Shown here in pieces: positions 28,877 through 37,868 of a DNA stretch of 64,000 nt. Numbering within the stretch: the stretch's first letter is position 1; each line of letters starts with the position of its first letter. A model generated the notes under the pieces. That model was given only the letters and a program-made list of their open reading frames with translations. It did no database searches and was not told the DNA's origin. The stretch covers positions 1,982 through 65,981 of the forward strand of contig QKMY01000023.1 in the NCBI GenBank assembly GCA_003242895.1. The letters are read 5' to 3'. The DNA comes from Candidatus Margulisiibacteriota bacterium. Lineage in GTDB: Bacteria; Margulisbacteria; Riflemargulisbacteria; GWF2-39-127. The translations under genes were made by a program, and so were the position numbers.

Positions 28877-31714
28877 ATGAAAAAAATATATATATTGTTG
28901 ATAATGGTGATTCTTTCTGCGGGTGATGTATTTGCCGGAACCTATGACCTGTCTGTTTCTATTATTCCCAGGGCAACGTATTTTATCGATTCAATTTATG
29001 ATGCGGTCCAGGCAAAACAGCAATTAGATGAGATGGCGTCTATTCGTATAGTTAATAATTCTGAAGCAGACAAAAGTTTTAAAATCAGGATTCAAGTATT
29101 TACGAGTTCATTAGGTTCCGAACCTATATTAGATGCAACTTCAGTTCCTCAATCATTTCCAATTCAAATAGCTGCGGGCGGGTCCAGAATAATTAAGAAT
29201 ACAGATCTGGAAATGAACAACAGTAGCCAATTTACGCATAAGATCACAAATAAAGATATGAAAGATCGAGTAAATAGTCGTTATGGAAAAAATATTCTCA
29301 CCGAATATGATGGGATGATGCCTCCGGAAACATTTGTTTATAAAATCTATCTTTTTGATTCTAATTCTCAGGATGATGCCGCCCTTGCACTTGCTTCAAC
29401 GGAAGAATCCATATATCAGCCCCATGAAAAGGGGAATATTGATATTATAACTCCGGGCGAAGGCTCTATAGTAAGTATCGATAATCCATATCCTACGTTT
29501 GTGTGGCAACGGTTAAATGTACGGTCTGGGGTTGACGTAAAATATAATATTAAGATCTGGAAAGTTAAACCGGATGAGAACCCGAATATAGCTCTTAGCG
29601 GTCGGCCAATACTGGATGATACGGTAGAGAATTCCAATAAATATGATTATCCGGGTACGGCTGAACGATTAGAACCTGATACGACTTATGTGTGGCGAAT
29701 ACACGCAACGGATGGTCTTGGGTATACGATAGGCAAAGTGGGAAATAGTGTTGATAGCACCTTTAAAATGTCACCGATCGAGCCGGCACGGCTTTCTGAG
29801 CCAACTTCTGAGATTAGCAGTGTTCCATTTCAGATGAAATGGTCGGAAGTAGCTGGTGCCGCTCATTATGATGTATATATTGATAAAGATGTAAGTTTCG
29901 GTTCTTCGAAGATTTTTAAAGGAGTCAAGGTGACTGAGCTTGCTCAGGAAGATGCCACGTATTATCTTCCTGGTACAAAGTATTATTGGTATGTTCAGGC
30001 CTATGATGACTCCGGCAAAAAATGGGGGAAAAAAAGTGAGACTGGAAGCTTTTTATTTAACCAGGAAATAATGTTGAAGACTCCTGTTGCCGTGACGATT
30101 TTAAACGTGCCCCCGGAATTCTCCTGGTCGGAATTATCTGGCGCAAGCAGCTATCTATTGGAAATTGATAAGACAGAGTTATTTCAAAAACCTGATGCTT
30201 TTAAATGTGAAGGGACAACATTTACTCCGGATAATTATATTTTTGACCCTGAAGCTACCTATTTCTGGCGCGTTAAAGCAATTGGCAGCAATGGGAAACA
30301 AATTGGTTCCGTTTCACAAAGATCGTTTTTCAAAATGCCTGACTTACCGGTCCCCTCTTTAATTTCGCCGATGGATACAAATGTCCTGAGCGATTTGCCT
30401 GAGTTTAGTTTCCGATCTGTTAACTGGGCGGACAACTATATAGTCCAGATCAGCTCCGATATAGCTAATTGGACAAATGCCATAGCAATTAACACTATTC
30501 GAGCCGCCGTTCAATACCCTGAGAACCAGCCTGCTTTGAAACCAGGCAAGACCTATTACTGGCGGGTAATACCGATAGATGAAAAAGGAAAAAGTTATAG
30601 TAAATTCAGTGAAATAGGTAGCTTTAGAGGGAAAGAGATCCCCAAAATAAGTTTAATTTCACCGGTTAACGCTGAACTGGAGTCACCTATTGTGAGTTTT
30701 ATCTGGAATGGGATTGAAGGTGCTTCAAAATATAAGCTCTTAATCAGTGAAGATGCCGGGCTAAGCAGTGCAAAGAGGTTTGAGGTAAACGGTACGAGTT
30801 ATACTCTTGAACAGAAAGAAGCTTTAAAACAGGGCACCAGCTATTATTGGGCAGTAGCAGCATCGGATGTTAACGGATTGCCTTACGGAGATACCAGTAA
30901 TCCGGCGATTTTTAAATTAGTTTCCCATGACAATAATAGTTTTTCTGGGGTTGAGATGCTTTCTCCTATTAATGAGACATTGTCTGGCGTATCTGTTACT
31001 TTTAAGTGGCTGAGTATTCCCTCAGTTAATGAATATGTAATTGCAATTGGCAAAAGTGAAGACTTGTCCGACGCAACAAAATATAAAGTCAACGATAACA
31101 GTATAACTAATGAAGCATTGAAACTTGAATTAGCCATGGATACCCAGTATTACTGGCAAGTTCAGGGAACCGGGAAGGCTGGAGTTATTGGAGGGCCAAG
31201 TAAAATCGGTAAGTTCAGAGTGCCGATGGTTAAGCTGGAGCTTTTGTCACCACTAAATTTGGCTTTAGATAATAATGATATTAGTTTTTCATGGAAAGAG
31301 TATCCAGGAGCCCGGAAATACCTATTGCAGTATAGCAACGATGAAAAATTCTCGACGTTTAAGGAAGAACAATGCGAGTCAAACAAAGCTACGATCAAAG
31401 GGCTTGAATATAATAAAGAATATTTTTGGAGGGTTCAGCCCTTAGATCTAAAGGGTGAACCTAATGGAGCCATGAGCGTGTCGGGTAAGTTTAGTATTAA
31501 AGATAACAATGAGCTTGAGGCGGCTACCCCGGAAGATATTGAAGAATTAATCCTGTTTTTAAAGGGATATGTGAAGGAAATTAGTGTTGCGGAACTGATA
31601 ACCGGCTTTAAGCTAAAGAAAGCAACTCTCGATGGTACGTCAGAAATAAGTAAAAAATCAGTAAAAGATATCATTAAAGGCATTTTGAAGATTAAGTCAA
31701 TAAAGGTTAAATAA
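28877..31714 (+). CDS. secreted protein with about 9 tandem fibronectin-III-like repeats
   Basis: Has a signal peptide (MKKIYILLIMVILSAGDVFA). Roughly 90-aa repeats each end in a T(Y/F)YW(R/Q/A)V...D..G motif. The ORF track starts 60 nt earlier. Confidence 0.7.
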   Translation: MKKIYILLIMVILSAGDVFAGTYDLSVSIIPRATYFIDSIYDAVQAKQQLDEMASIRIVNNSEADKSFKIRIQVFTSSLGSEPILDATSVPQSFPIQIAAGGSRIIKNTDLEMNNSSQFTHKITNKDMKDRVNSRYGKNILTEYDGMMPPETFVYKIYLFDSNSQDDAALALASTEESIYQPHEKGNIDIITPGEGSIVSIDNPYPTFVWQRLNVRSGVDVKYNIKIWKVKPDENPNIALSGRPILDDTVENSNKYDYPGTAERLEPDTTYVWRIHATDGLGYTIGKVGNSVDSTFKMSPIEPARLSEPTSEISSVPFQMKWSEVAGAAHYDVYIDKDVSFGSSKIFKGVKVTELAQEDATYYLPGTKYYWYVQAYDDSGKKWGKKSETGSFLFNQEIMLKTPVAVTILNVPPEFSWSELSGASSYLLEIDKTELFQKPDAFKCEGTTFTPDNYIFDPEATYFWRVKAIGSNGKQIGSVSQRSFFKMPDLPVPSLISPMDTNVLSDLPEFSFRSVNWADNYIVQISSDIANWTNAIAINTIRAAVQYPENQPALKPGKTYYWRVIPIDEKGKSYSKFSEIGSFRGKEIPKISLISPVNAELESPIVSFIWNGIEGASKYKLLISEDAGLSSAKRFEVNGTSYTLEQKEALKQGTSYYWAVAASDVNGLPYGDTSNPAIFKLVSHDNNSFSGVEMLSPINETLSGVSVTFKWLSIPSVNEYVIAIGKSEDLSDATKYKVNDNSITNEALKLELAMDTQYYWQVQGTGKAGVIGGPSKIGKFRVPMVKLELLSPLNLALDNNDISFSWKEYPGARKYLLQYSNDEKFSTFKEEQCESNKATIKGLEYNKEYFWRVQPLDLKGEPNGAMSVSGKFSIKDNNELEAATPEDIEELILFLKGYVKEISVAELITGFKLKKATLDGTSEISKKSVKDIIKGILKIKSIKVK

Positions 31715-32688
31715 TGAAATTTAAGACTATAGCATCGTTACTATTATTTCTGTTCTTACTCTGCAATGTTGTTTTTGCTGATAGTAAACCGGTTGCGACC
31801 TTAACTGTTTTTTTCGGTGAGGTCCTCTATAAGAATGCTTCCGGGAGTAATTGGGCACTCGTTAAACGAGGAATGTTTTTCTACCCTGGTGACCGGATCG
31901 CGACGAAACTGGATGGGAAAGCTGAGATATATTTCACTGACGGATCAATACTTCGGGTTGCTAATGAGTCTGAAATGGAATTCACTATCCAGGACAATAA
32001 AAAGAAGCGTTCGGTATTTCTTGTTTTTGGAAAAGTTTGGAACAAGGTAACAAAAGGTACTAACTTCGAAATAGAGTCAATACACGGCGTAGCCTCTGTT
32101 AAAGGTACGGAATTCGATGTGGCAGTGAAAGACGAAATGGATGTATGGGTTGCGGATGGCGCGGTTGAGATCTCTAATGATAAAGGCAAGGTATTGAGTG
32201 AGCGTAATACCTATACGAGAATTAAAAAAGATAGTGAGCCCAAAAAAGAATCAATAAATCAGGATCAGCTGCCTAAACGAGATGACATGCAATCCAAGTT
32301 ATCGCTCATGCTTAATTTTGTCGGTGACAAAGTTGAGGATAAGCCGTTTATTATTAAAGCTGCTGTTAAAGACAATAAAACTGAAAAATTATATAAGGGT
32401 GAGGTTGTCGAAGTCAGGTTTGTGTCCAATGATAAAAGAATGAAATTTAGTAGCGACAATAAAGAGTGGAATGATGAAGTAATTGTGAAAATAACTGATG
32501 GTCAGGGCGAACTAAAAGTCAAAGGTCAGTCAGGACAATCCGAATTTATGGTGATTGGTAAGAACCTTCCGGGAATATCGGTCGAAGTGACTATCAAGCC
32601 TGAAATAAAAGCCAAAAAGATTTCTTTAAGTTATATAGATAGCGATAATAAAGAAAAGAATTTAGATCTTGAGTTTGAGAGAAAGTAG
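31714..32688 (+). CDS. FecR domain-containing secreted protein
   Basis: Has a signal peptide and a FecR-type beta-sandwich profile (GD.I.T..G.AEI.F.DGS..R...ESE.EF). Its start overlaps the upstream stop by 1 nt. Confidence 0.65.
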   Translation: MKFKTIASLLLFLFLLCNVVFADSKPVATLTVFFGEVLYKNASGSNWALVKRGMFFYPGDRIATKLDGKAEIYFTDGSILRVANESEMEFTIQDNKKKRSVFLVFGKVWNKVTKGTNFEIESIHGVASVKGTEFDVAVKDEMDVWVADGAVEISNDKGKVLSERNTYTRIKKDSEPKKESINQDQLPKRDDMQSKLSLMLNFVGDKVEDKPFIIKAAVKDNKTEKLYKGEVVEVRFVSNDKRMKFSSDNKEWNDEVIVKITDGQGELKVKGQSGQSEFMVIGKNLPGISVEVTIKPEIKAKKISLSYIDSDNKEKNLDLEFERK

Positions 32689-32691
32689 ATT

Positions 32692-35082
32692 ATGAAAAGA
32701 ATCCATGTGCTTTTCTTTTTTGTGTTTTTCTATTTGATCATTATTAATTTGTCTTATGCTGATGGTATTATTCATACCAGAATTGATAAAATAATTGCAG
32801 ATCAACCGGCACAATTTACCGTAGAGCTTGAAGGGATAACCTCAAACGTAGAGGTTGTAATTTATTATAAAATCGGTAAGGAAAATCTTTATAATGAAGC
32901 AAGTATGCTTTCTATCGGGAATAACGTTTATACGACAACGTTAACACCGGTTTTCGCAAAAGATGATGTTTTTTCCTATTATATAGCTGTTAAAATGGAT
33001 AATAAATTGATGCTGTCATTGCCGGAAGTGAATCCGAAAGAATATCCTTTTATTGTGAATGTTACCAGCGACGAATTCACTCCCAAAGTGCGTTTTTTGA
33101 CCCCGGCAAATAACGAGGTCGTAAGGAACGGATTCCCTTGCGTTCTTCTCACGTTTGATGACGAATTGTCCCAATTGGACATGAAAACCTTTAAAATGAC
33201 TATTAATGGGGAGGATGTTACTGATTATGTGTCATTAAGTCAGACATTTGCTAATTATGTTCCTAAGAAAGAACTCAAAGAAGATGTTTATTCTATAAAA
33301 GTTACTATTAAAGATGTCAGGGGGAAAGTTCATTCGATTAATTCCTCTTTTACTTTTAGACGAAAAGACCAGGACTTCCTGACATATAATGGGTCACTTT
33401 CCCTTGATAACTATTTTTATAATACAGATAAATATGCCGAAAAAGTTATTCGCGAACCGTTTGAATCTGAGGCAGTCGCCGATATTAACCTTAAATCGTG
33501 GATATTGAACTCAAATATTAATGTTAAACGCGATAGCAAAGAGTCTTCGGATAACCAGCCGTTAAACAGGGTATCATTCGGTATCTGGGATGATAAAAAA
33601 AATATCGATATCAAATGCGGAGATACTAATCCGGTGATGTCGAATATGGCTCTTAATGGTATGTTAGTACAGGGAAATGATATCGATCTCGATGTCTTTG
33701 GAGTTGTCGGTTTAAATAAGTTGGTAAAAATAAAGTATATTTCAGGTATAACCAGAAAGGCCATCGATACTTCTTCAACTGCCAATATGGATAATGTGTC
33801 TTATGAACAAGATATAAGCGCGTATAAAATATCTACGAACCTTTTTGGGTTCGAGAATAATGTCAGCTATATGCATATTAAAGACAACGAAAACAGCTTG
33901 CCTTTGTATTCTAGCTTACCGTCGAGCGACAGGCTACTAAAGCCACGAGAGAACCATGTTGTGTCGGTTGAGAATAACATGAGGTTGTTTGATCTGACTG
34001 ATATTAAGTTAGAAACAGCTGCATCTGTTTATTACAGTGATTCTACTGCCGGATCTATCAACGTTTCTGACCTTAATCTTCCAATAAAAGAAGAAACAAT
34101 CAAACAGTATGAAAAAACAATCCCGATAAAATCAAGTATGACTGTCGGAGCTGCAACAAATCTTGAGGTCAGAACCCCGGTCCTGTTCCGGGAATTAACC
34201 TTTAAAGGTGGAACGAAATGGGCGCATCCCAGTTTTACCAGTCTAGGGAGCAGTTCTGTTAAAAAGGATAATTTTGAGTATTCCGGTGAGCTTGGTGTTA
34301 GATTGCTTAAAAATCTTTTTTCTTTGCGAGGAGGCATTAAGAAGCAGAATGATAATGTTATGCAGTCTGCCAGCGAAAATACCACCTATACGTTAGGCTA
34401 TAATGTCGATTCAACCCTGGTTATTCCAAATGTGGCTATTCTGTATCTCGGATTCAATAATTCTGATAAAGAGAATAAAACAAATGACAATGAGGTTGTT
34501 ACCGGTGATCGACGGGTATCCAATAAGCTGTTGACTGTTATGATGGGAATTGGCGGGATAACTTTTGATATTGCTTCGGTTGCTAATAAAATCAATATTA
34601 ACTATAACTATAACAAATATACGGATGACGCGATTACTGTTAATAGTTTTGATGCGACAGCCTTCGGCATTAATTACCAGACAGAGATTTTACCCTTTAA
34701 ACTAAAAGTTGATTTTAGCAGATCAGATAAACTGGCGAAAAGCACGACACCCAATACCACGACTTACACGACATTAGGCGGGAAGGCTTTTTATGACGTT
34801 ATACCAAAGATCTTCACTTCTTATGCCGGATTGAAGCTTTCTAAAGGGTATAATAACGGTAATGACATTGCCAAACGTATAGATAACACAAATATGACTC
34901 TTACTGTTGGGGGTTCCTACAAATTCGATCAGCAGGCATGGATTTTCTACGATTCGTTGTTAACTGTGAACTGGGATCTTATTACTCTAACTGATGCGAA
35001 ATCTAAGTCGGAAGATGTTGATTACAGAGACAAAAATTTTTCGGAATCAATTTTAACGCTGAAAGTATCGACCGTATTCTAG
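32692..35082 (+). CDS. large secreted protein, probable outer-membrane beta-barrel (C-terminal Phe)
   Basis: Has a signal peptide. The sequence is rich in alternating amphipathic strands and ends ...LKVSTVF (terminal aromatic). Confidence 0.55.
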   Translation: MKRIHVLFFFVFFYLIIINLSYADGIIHTRIDKIIADQPAQFTVELEGITSNVEVVIYYKIGKENLYNEASMLSIGNNVYTTTLTPVFAKDDVFSYYIAVKMDNKLMLSLPEVNPKEYPFIVNVTSDEFTPKVRFLTPANNEVVRNGFPCVLLTFDDELSQLDMKTFKMTINGEDVTDYVSLSQTFANYVPKKELKEDVYSIKVTIKDVRGKVHSINSSFTFRRKDQDFLTYNGSLSLDNYFYNTDKYAEKVIREPFESEAVADINLKSWILNSNINVKRDSKESSDNQPLNRVSFGIWDDKKNIDIKCGDTNPVMSNMALNGMLVQGNDIDLDVFGVVGLNKLVKIKYISGITRKAIDTSSTANMDNVSYEQDISAYKISTNLFGFENNVSYMHIKDNENSLPLYSSLPSSDRLLKPRENHVVSVENNMRLFDLTDIKLETAASVYYSDSTAGSINVSDLNLPIKEETIKQYEKTIPIKSSMTVGAATNLEVRTPVLFRELTFKGGTKWAHPSFTSLGSSSVKKDNFEYSGELGVRLLKNLFSLRGGIKKQNDNVMQSASENTTYTLGYNVDSTLVIPNVAILYLGFNNSDKENKTNDNEVVTGDRRVSNKLLTVMMGIGGITFDIASVANKININYNYNKYTDDAITVNSFDATAFGINYQTEILPFKLKVDFSRSDKLAKSTTPNTTTYTTLGGKAFYDVIPKIFTSYAGLKLSKGYNNGNDIAKRIDNTNMTLTVGGSYKFDQQAWIFYDSLLTVNWDLITLTDAKSKSEDVDYRDKNFSESILTLKVSTVF

Positions 35083-35128
35083 CTTTTTCATTTTGTGTCT
35101 GTTCTTTTTTACCGATAATGTAACTACT

Positions 35129-35689
35129 ATGATAAATAACCTGACGTTTGAACAACAAAAAGTACAATACTCGTTTTCTCGTGGAGAAGCTACTTCCGGC
35201 AATAAATTCTCGTCTTATTCAAAGGAAACCCTTTACGCTGAAAGTACTCTTCTGACAATTAATGATGATAAGGTTGAAATAGTACATAGAACGTTAGAAA
35301 TTGAAATCAATAAATCTTTTAAAACGAGCCTTCCTGAGCTATCTGATAGGTTGAACTCATCTAAAATCCCAGGATATATCAACTCATCGCTTGTCCCCGA
35401 CTATTGGAATGCTGAGAATACCTCGTCCAGGATAGCAGATTTGGCAACTTCTTTAGCTGGGATGTGGAAAACTCAAAATCCGGATAAAGATCAGAATGAA
35501 TTCCAGGAATTTCTAAATAAATTGAAAAGTTCGATTGAAGAAGGGTTTTCACAAGCTCTGCACATTCTTAGTAATACTATTAGCTCTCCAGTCCGGGATT
35601 TGATCAATGACACCTACGCTTTGACTATGGACAAGGTTGACAAGTCATTTGCTGATTTGATTCAGGACTACGATAAAAAAGTCGCTTAA
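35129..35689 (+). CDS. hypothetical protein
   Basis: A 186-aa ORF from the ATG at 35129. It is the last gene of the secreted-protein operon and has no recognisable family. Confidence 0.45.
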   Translation: MINNLTFEQQKVQYSFSRGEATSGNKFSSYSKETLYAESTLLTINDDKVEIVHRTLEIEINKSFKTSLPELSDRLNSSKIPGYINSSLVPDYWNAENTSSRIADLATSLAGMWKTQNPDKDQNEFQEFLNKLKSSIEEGFSQALHILSNTISSPVRDLINDTYALTMDKVDKSFADLIQDYDKKVA

Positions 35690-35782
35690 ATATTCTTAGC
35701 CGCTCCCTAAATATTTTAACTTGTTAAGGCTCTGATTCTTTTCACGGTTTTAGTTTAAAGAGATATCTGGAAAATTTCCCCT

Positions 35783-36040
35783 TTACTCTTCTTTCCCATT
35801 ATGTCTTTCTACCGCGATTGTGCATTCTCCAATCAGTGCGGCCGCAGCTCCGATAGCCGCTAACATTGGAGCTATAACAGCGCCAATAACGCCAATCGTC
35901 AGGGGCAACGACATGATAATATTTCCTTCTTTACCTTTGACTATGATTTTTCTCACATTTCCTTCTTGAATGAGCATTTTGATCTTTTGGACTAATTGTT
36001 CACTTTTAACTCTAAACTCTTCTTTATAGGTCCCTGTCAT
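35783..36040 (-). CDS. DUF4342 family small protein
   Basis: An 85-aa protein with EGNVR.I.VK...G......PLT.GV.GAV.AP.LAA.GA.AAL...CTI.VER. An AAAAGGAG RBS sits 8 nt upstream. Confidence 0.65.
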   Translation of the reverse strand: MTGTYKEEFRVKSEQLVQKIKMLIQEGNVRKIIVKGKEGNIIMSLPLTIGVIGAVIAPMLAAIGAAAALIGECTIAVERHNGKEE

Positions 36041-36404
36041 AATGAACGCTCCTTTTTAGAATGTATTTTAACCTGTCAGCTATAATAACGTTAAATCTGA
36101 GATATGTTAAGGATATAAAAATACGGCAGCCGTTTGGCTTTTGGTTATTAATAGAATGCATTGATGATGCTCGTGGTTTAGCTTCTTTTTTTCGCATATT
36201 TTTTAATATTATAGCGCTTCTATCCGTAGCGTAGAATTCCTTTTTCCTAGTTGACGCAGGGCCCAGCTTTCCCTTTGAGCCTCTGACGTGCTTCCTGGCG
36301 CATTCTTCTTTTGCATTGCTTTCCAATAGTATTTTATAAAATTCTAAGTATATGATAAACTTAGAAAATCATTGTTATTCAATATAAAAGTTAGGAAATC
36401 CCAA

Positions 36405-37868
36405 ATGATAGGTTTCGTGCTTCTTCTTGTTTTTGCATTGCTTGCGTTTTTAATGTACTTAGGCAAAATACCCGCCTTACTTGCGCTTCCGGTACTTGCT
36501 TTTTTGCTTACTTTTATTGCGGGAGTGCCATTTTATTTTAATCAGTATCCGGCAGAAATGAGCTTTATTCTAAAATTTGGAAAATCGATATTAGACTCAC
36601 AGCATCTTGTCTCATCAACGGTTATTTCTGATGGGATTCCACGGTTACATGTCGCTATTTTAACTGTCATGATAGGCGGAATTTTTGGGTATTTTTTAAA
36701 AGCCGCTGGGATAAGCGAATCATTAGTTCGCAAAGTAGCTGAATTGGCTGGAGATAAGCCTTTTGTCATAGCTCTTGTCCTTACGCTCGTGGTGAGTTTT
36801 TTGTTTACTACATTGGGTGGCTTGGGTGCGATTATTCTTGTTGCGAATATTTATCTGCCCGTCCTGTTATCAATAGGGATACCTCCGTTGCTTATCGGCA
36901 GTCTGTTCCTAATGTCCATTTCTTTTGGCGGGATATTCAATATGGTGAACTGGGCGCTTTATGTTGACATCCTGGGACTGTCCCAACAACAAATTATGAT
37001 ATATGCGCTCCCGTTGGGTGTTGTTTTTTTAGTTGTTATGATACTTTTTATGATTATAGAGTTCAAAAAAGCGCGGATCCCGGTTCCGACTGCTGCTGTT
37101 GTCAAAATATTTGCAATTTTAGCAACTATTTGTGCCGTATTCGTATGGTTTAAAGCTACTAATCCGATCAGCCCTGAAATGTTCCTTATGCTTAAGTGGG
37201 CTTATAAGGCTCTATTACTTCTTTTATTCATTATTCCTGCATTTAGCAGAAAGTTTTCATGGATAGCTATGCTTGCTCCTTTCGTGCCGATCAGCCTTGT
37301 GCTTTTTCTTGGTTGGAACATTAATCCGGCGTTTCTGCTCGGTATCATATTTTTATTTATTACCACCATGAACATCCGTAAATCTGATAGTTTTTCCTCT
37401 CGTTCGAAGCTCTTGATCCAGTCCTCCATCGAAGGAATACAGGGCGTAGCACCTGCGGTAGCTATTATGATAGGGATTGGTATGGTCTTGATAGCTGTAG
37501 TTCAGCCTCCGGTAAGCCAGAGTTTGTCGCCGTTGTTAAATGCGGTGTTGCCTACGAGTCCAGCCGGATATGTGATTATTTTCACCATCCTTGCTCCTTT
37601 AGCATTGTATCGGGGACCGCTTAATCTCTGGGGGATGGGAAGCGGGCTCATGCAACTTATTAAAGTGAGTGGGCTTAGCAGTATGTCAATTATGGCAGCG
37701 TTCATGTCAACCGGTCAGATTCAGGGGGTCTGTGATCCTACAAATACTCACAATGTCTGGGTCGCTAATCAACTGAAAATAGAGCTCAATGCGCTCTTGC
37801 GGAAAACATTACCTTATATGTGGGTAATAGCTTTATGCGGTTTGCTTTTAGGGGTTTATGTTAAATAA
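36405..37868 (+). CDS. multi-pass membrane permease/transporter (family uncertain)
   Basis: About 487 aa with at least 10 predicted TM helices. It is the first gene of a translationally coupled operon. The ORF track extends to a TTG at 36372. Confidence 0.6.
   Translation: MIGFVLLLVFALLAFLMYLGKIPALLALPVLAFLLTFIAGVPFYFNQYPAEMSFILKFGKSILDSQHLVSSTVISDGIPRLHVAILTVMIGGIFGYFLKAAGISESLVRKVAELAGDKPFVIALVLTLVVSFLFTTLGGLGAIILVANIYLPVLLSIGIPPLLIGSLFLMSISFGGIFNMVNWALYVDILGLSQQQIMIYALPLGVVFLVVMILFMIIEFKKARIPVPTAAVVKIFAILATICAVFVWFKATNPISPEMFLMLKWAYKALLLLLFIIPAFSRKFSWIAMLAPFVPISLVLFLGWNINPAFLLGIIFLFITTMNIRKSDSFSSRSKLLIQSSIEGIQGVAPAVAIMIGIGMVLIAVVQPPVSQSLSPLLNAVLPTSPAGYVIIFTILAPLALYRGPLNLWGMGSGLMQLIKVSGLSSMSIMAAFMSTGQIQGVCDPTNTHNVWVANQLKIELNALLRKTLPYMWVIALCGLLLGVYVK

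Noticed and set aside
36024-36326. 100-aa minus-strand ORF in the ORF track
   Set aside because: It starts with TTG, is low-complexity Lys/Arg-rich, overlaps the DUF4342 gene and sits in a GC-rich patch more likely to be RNA.
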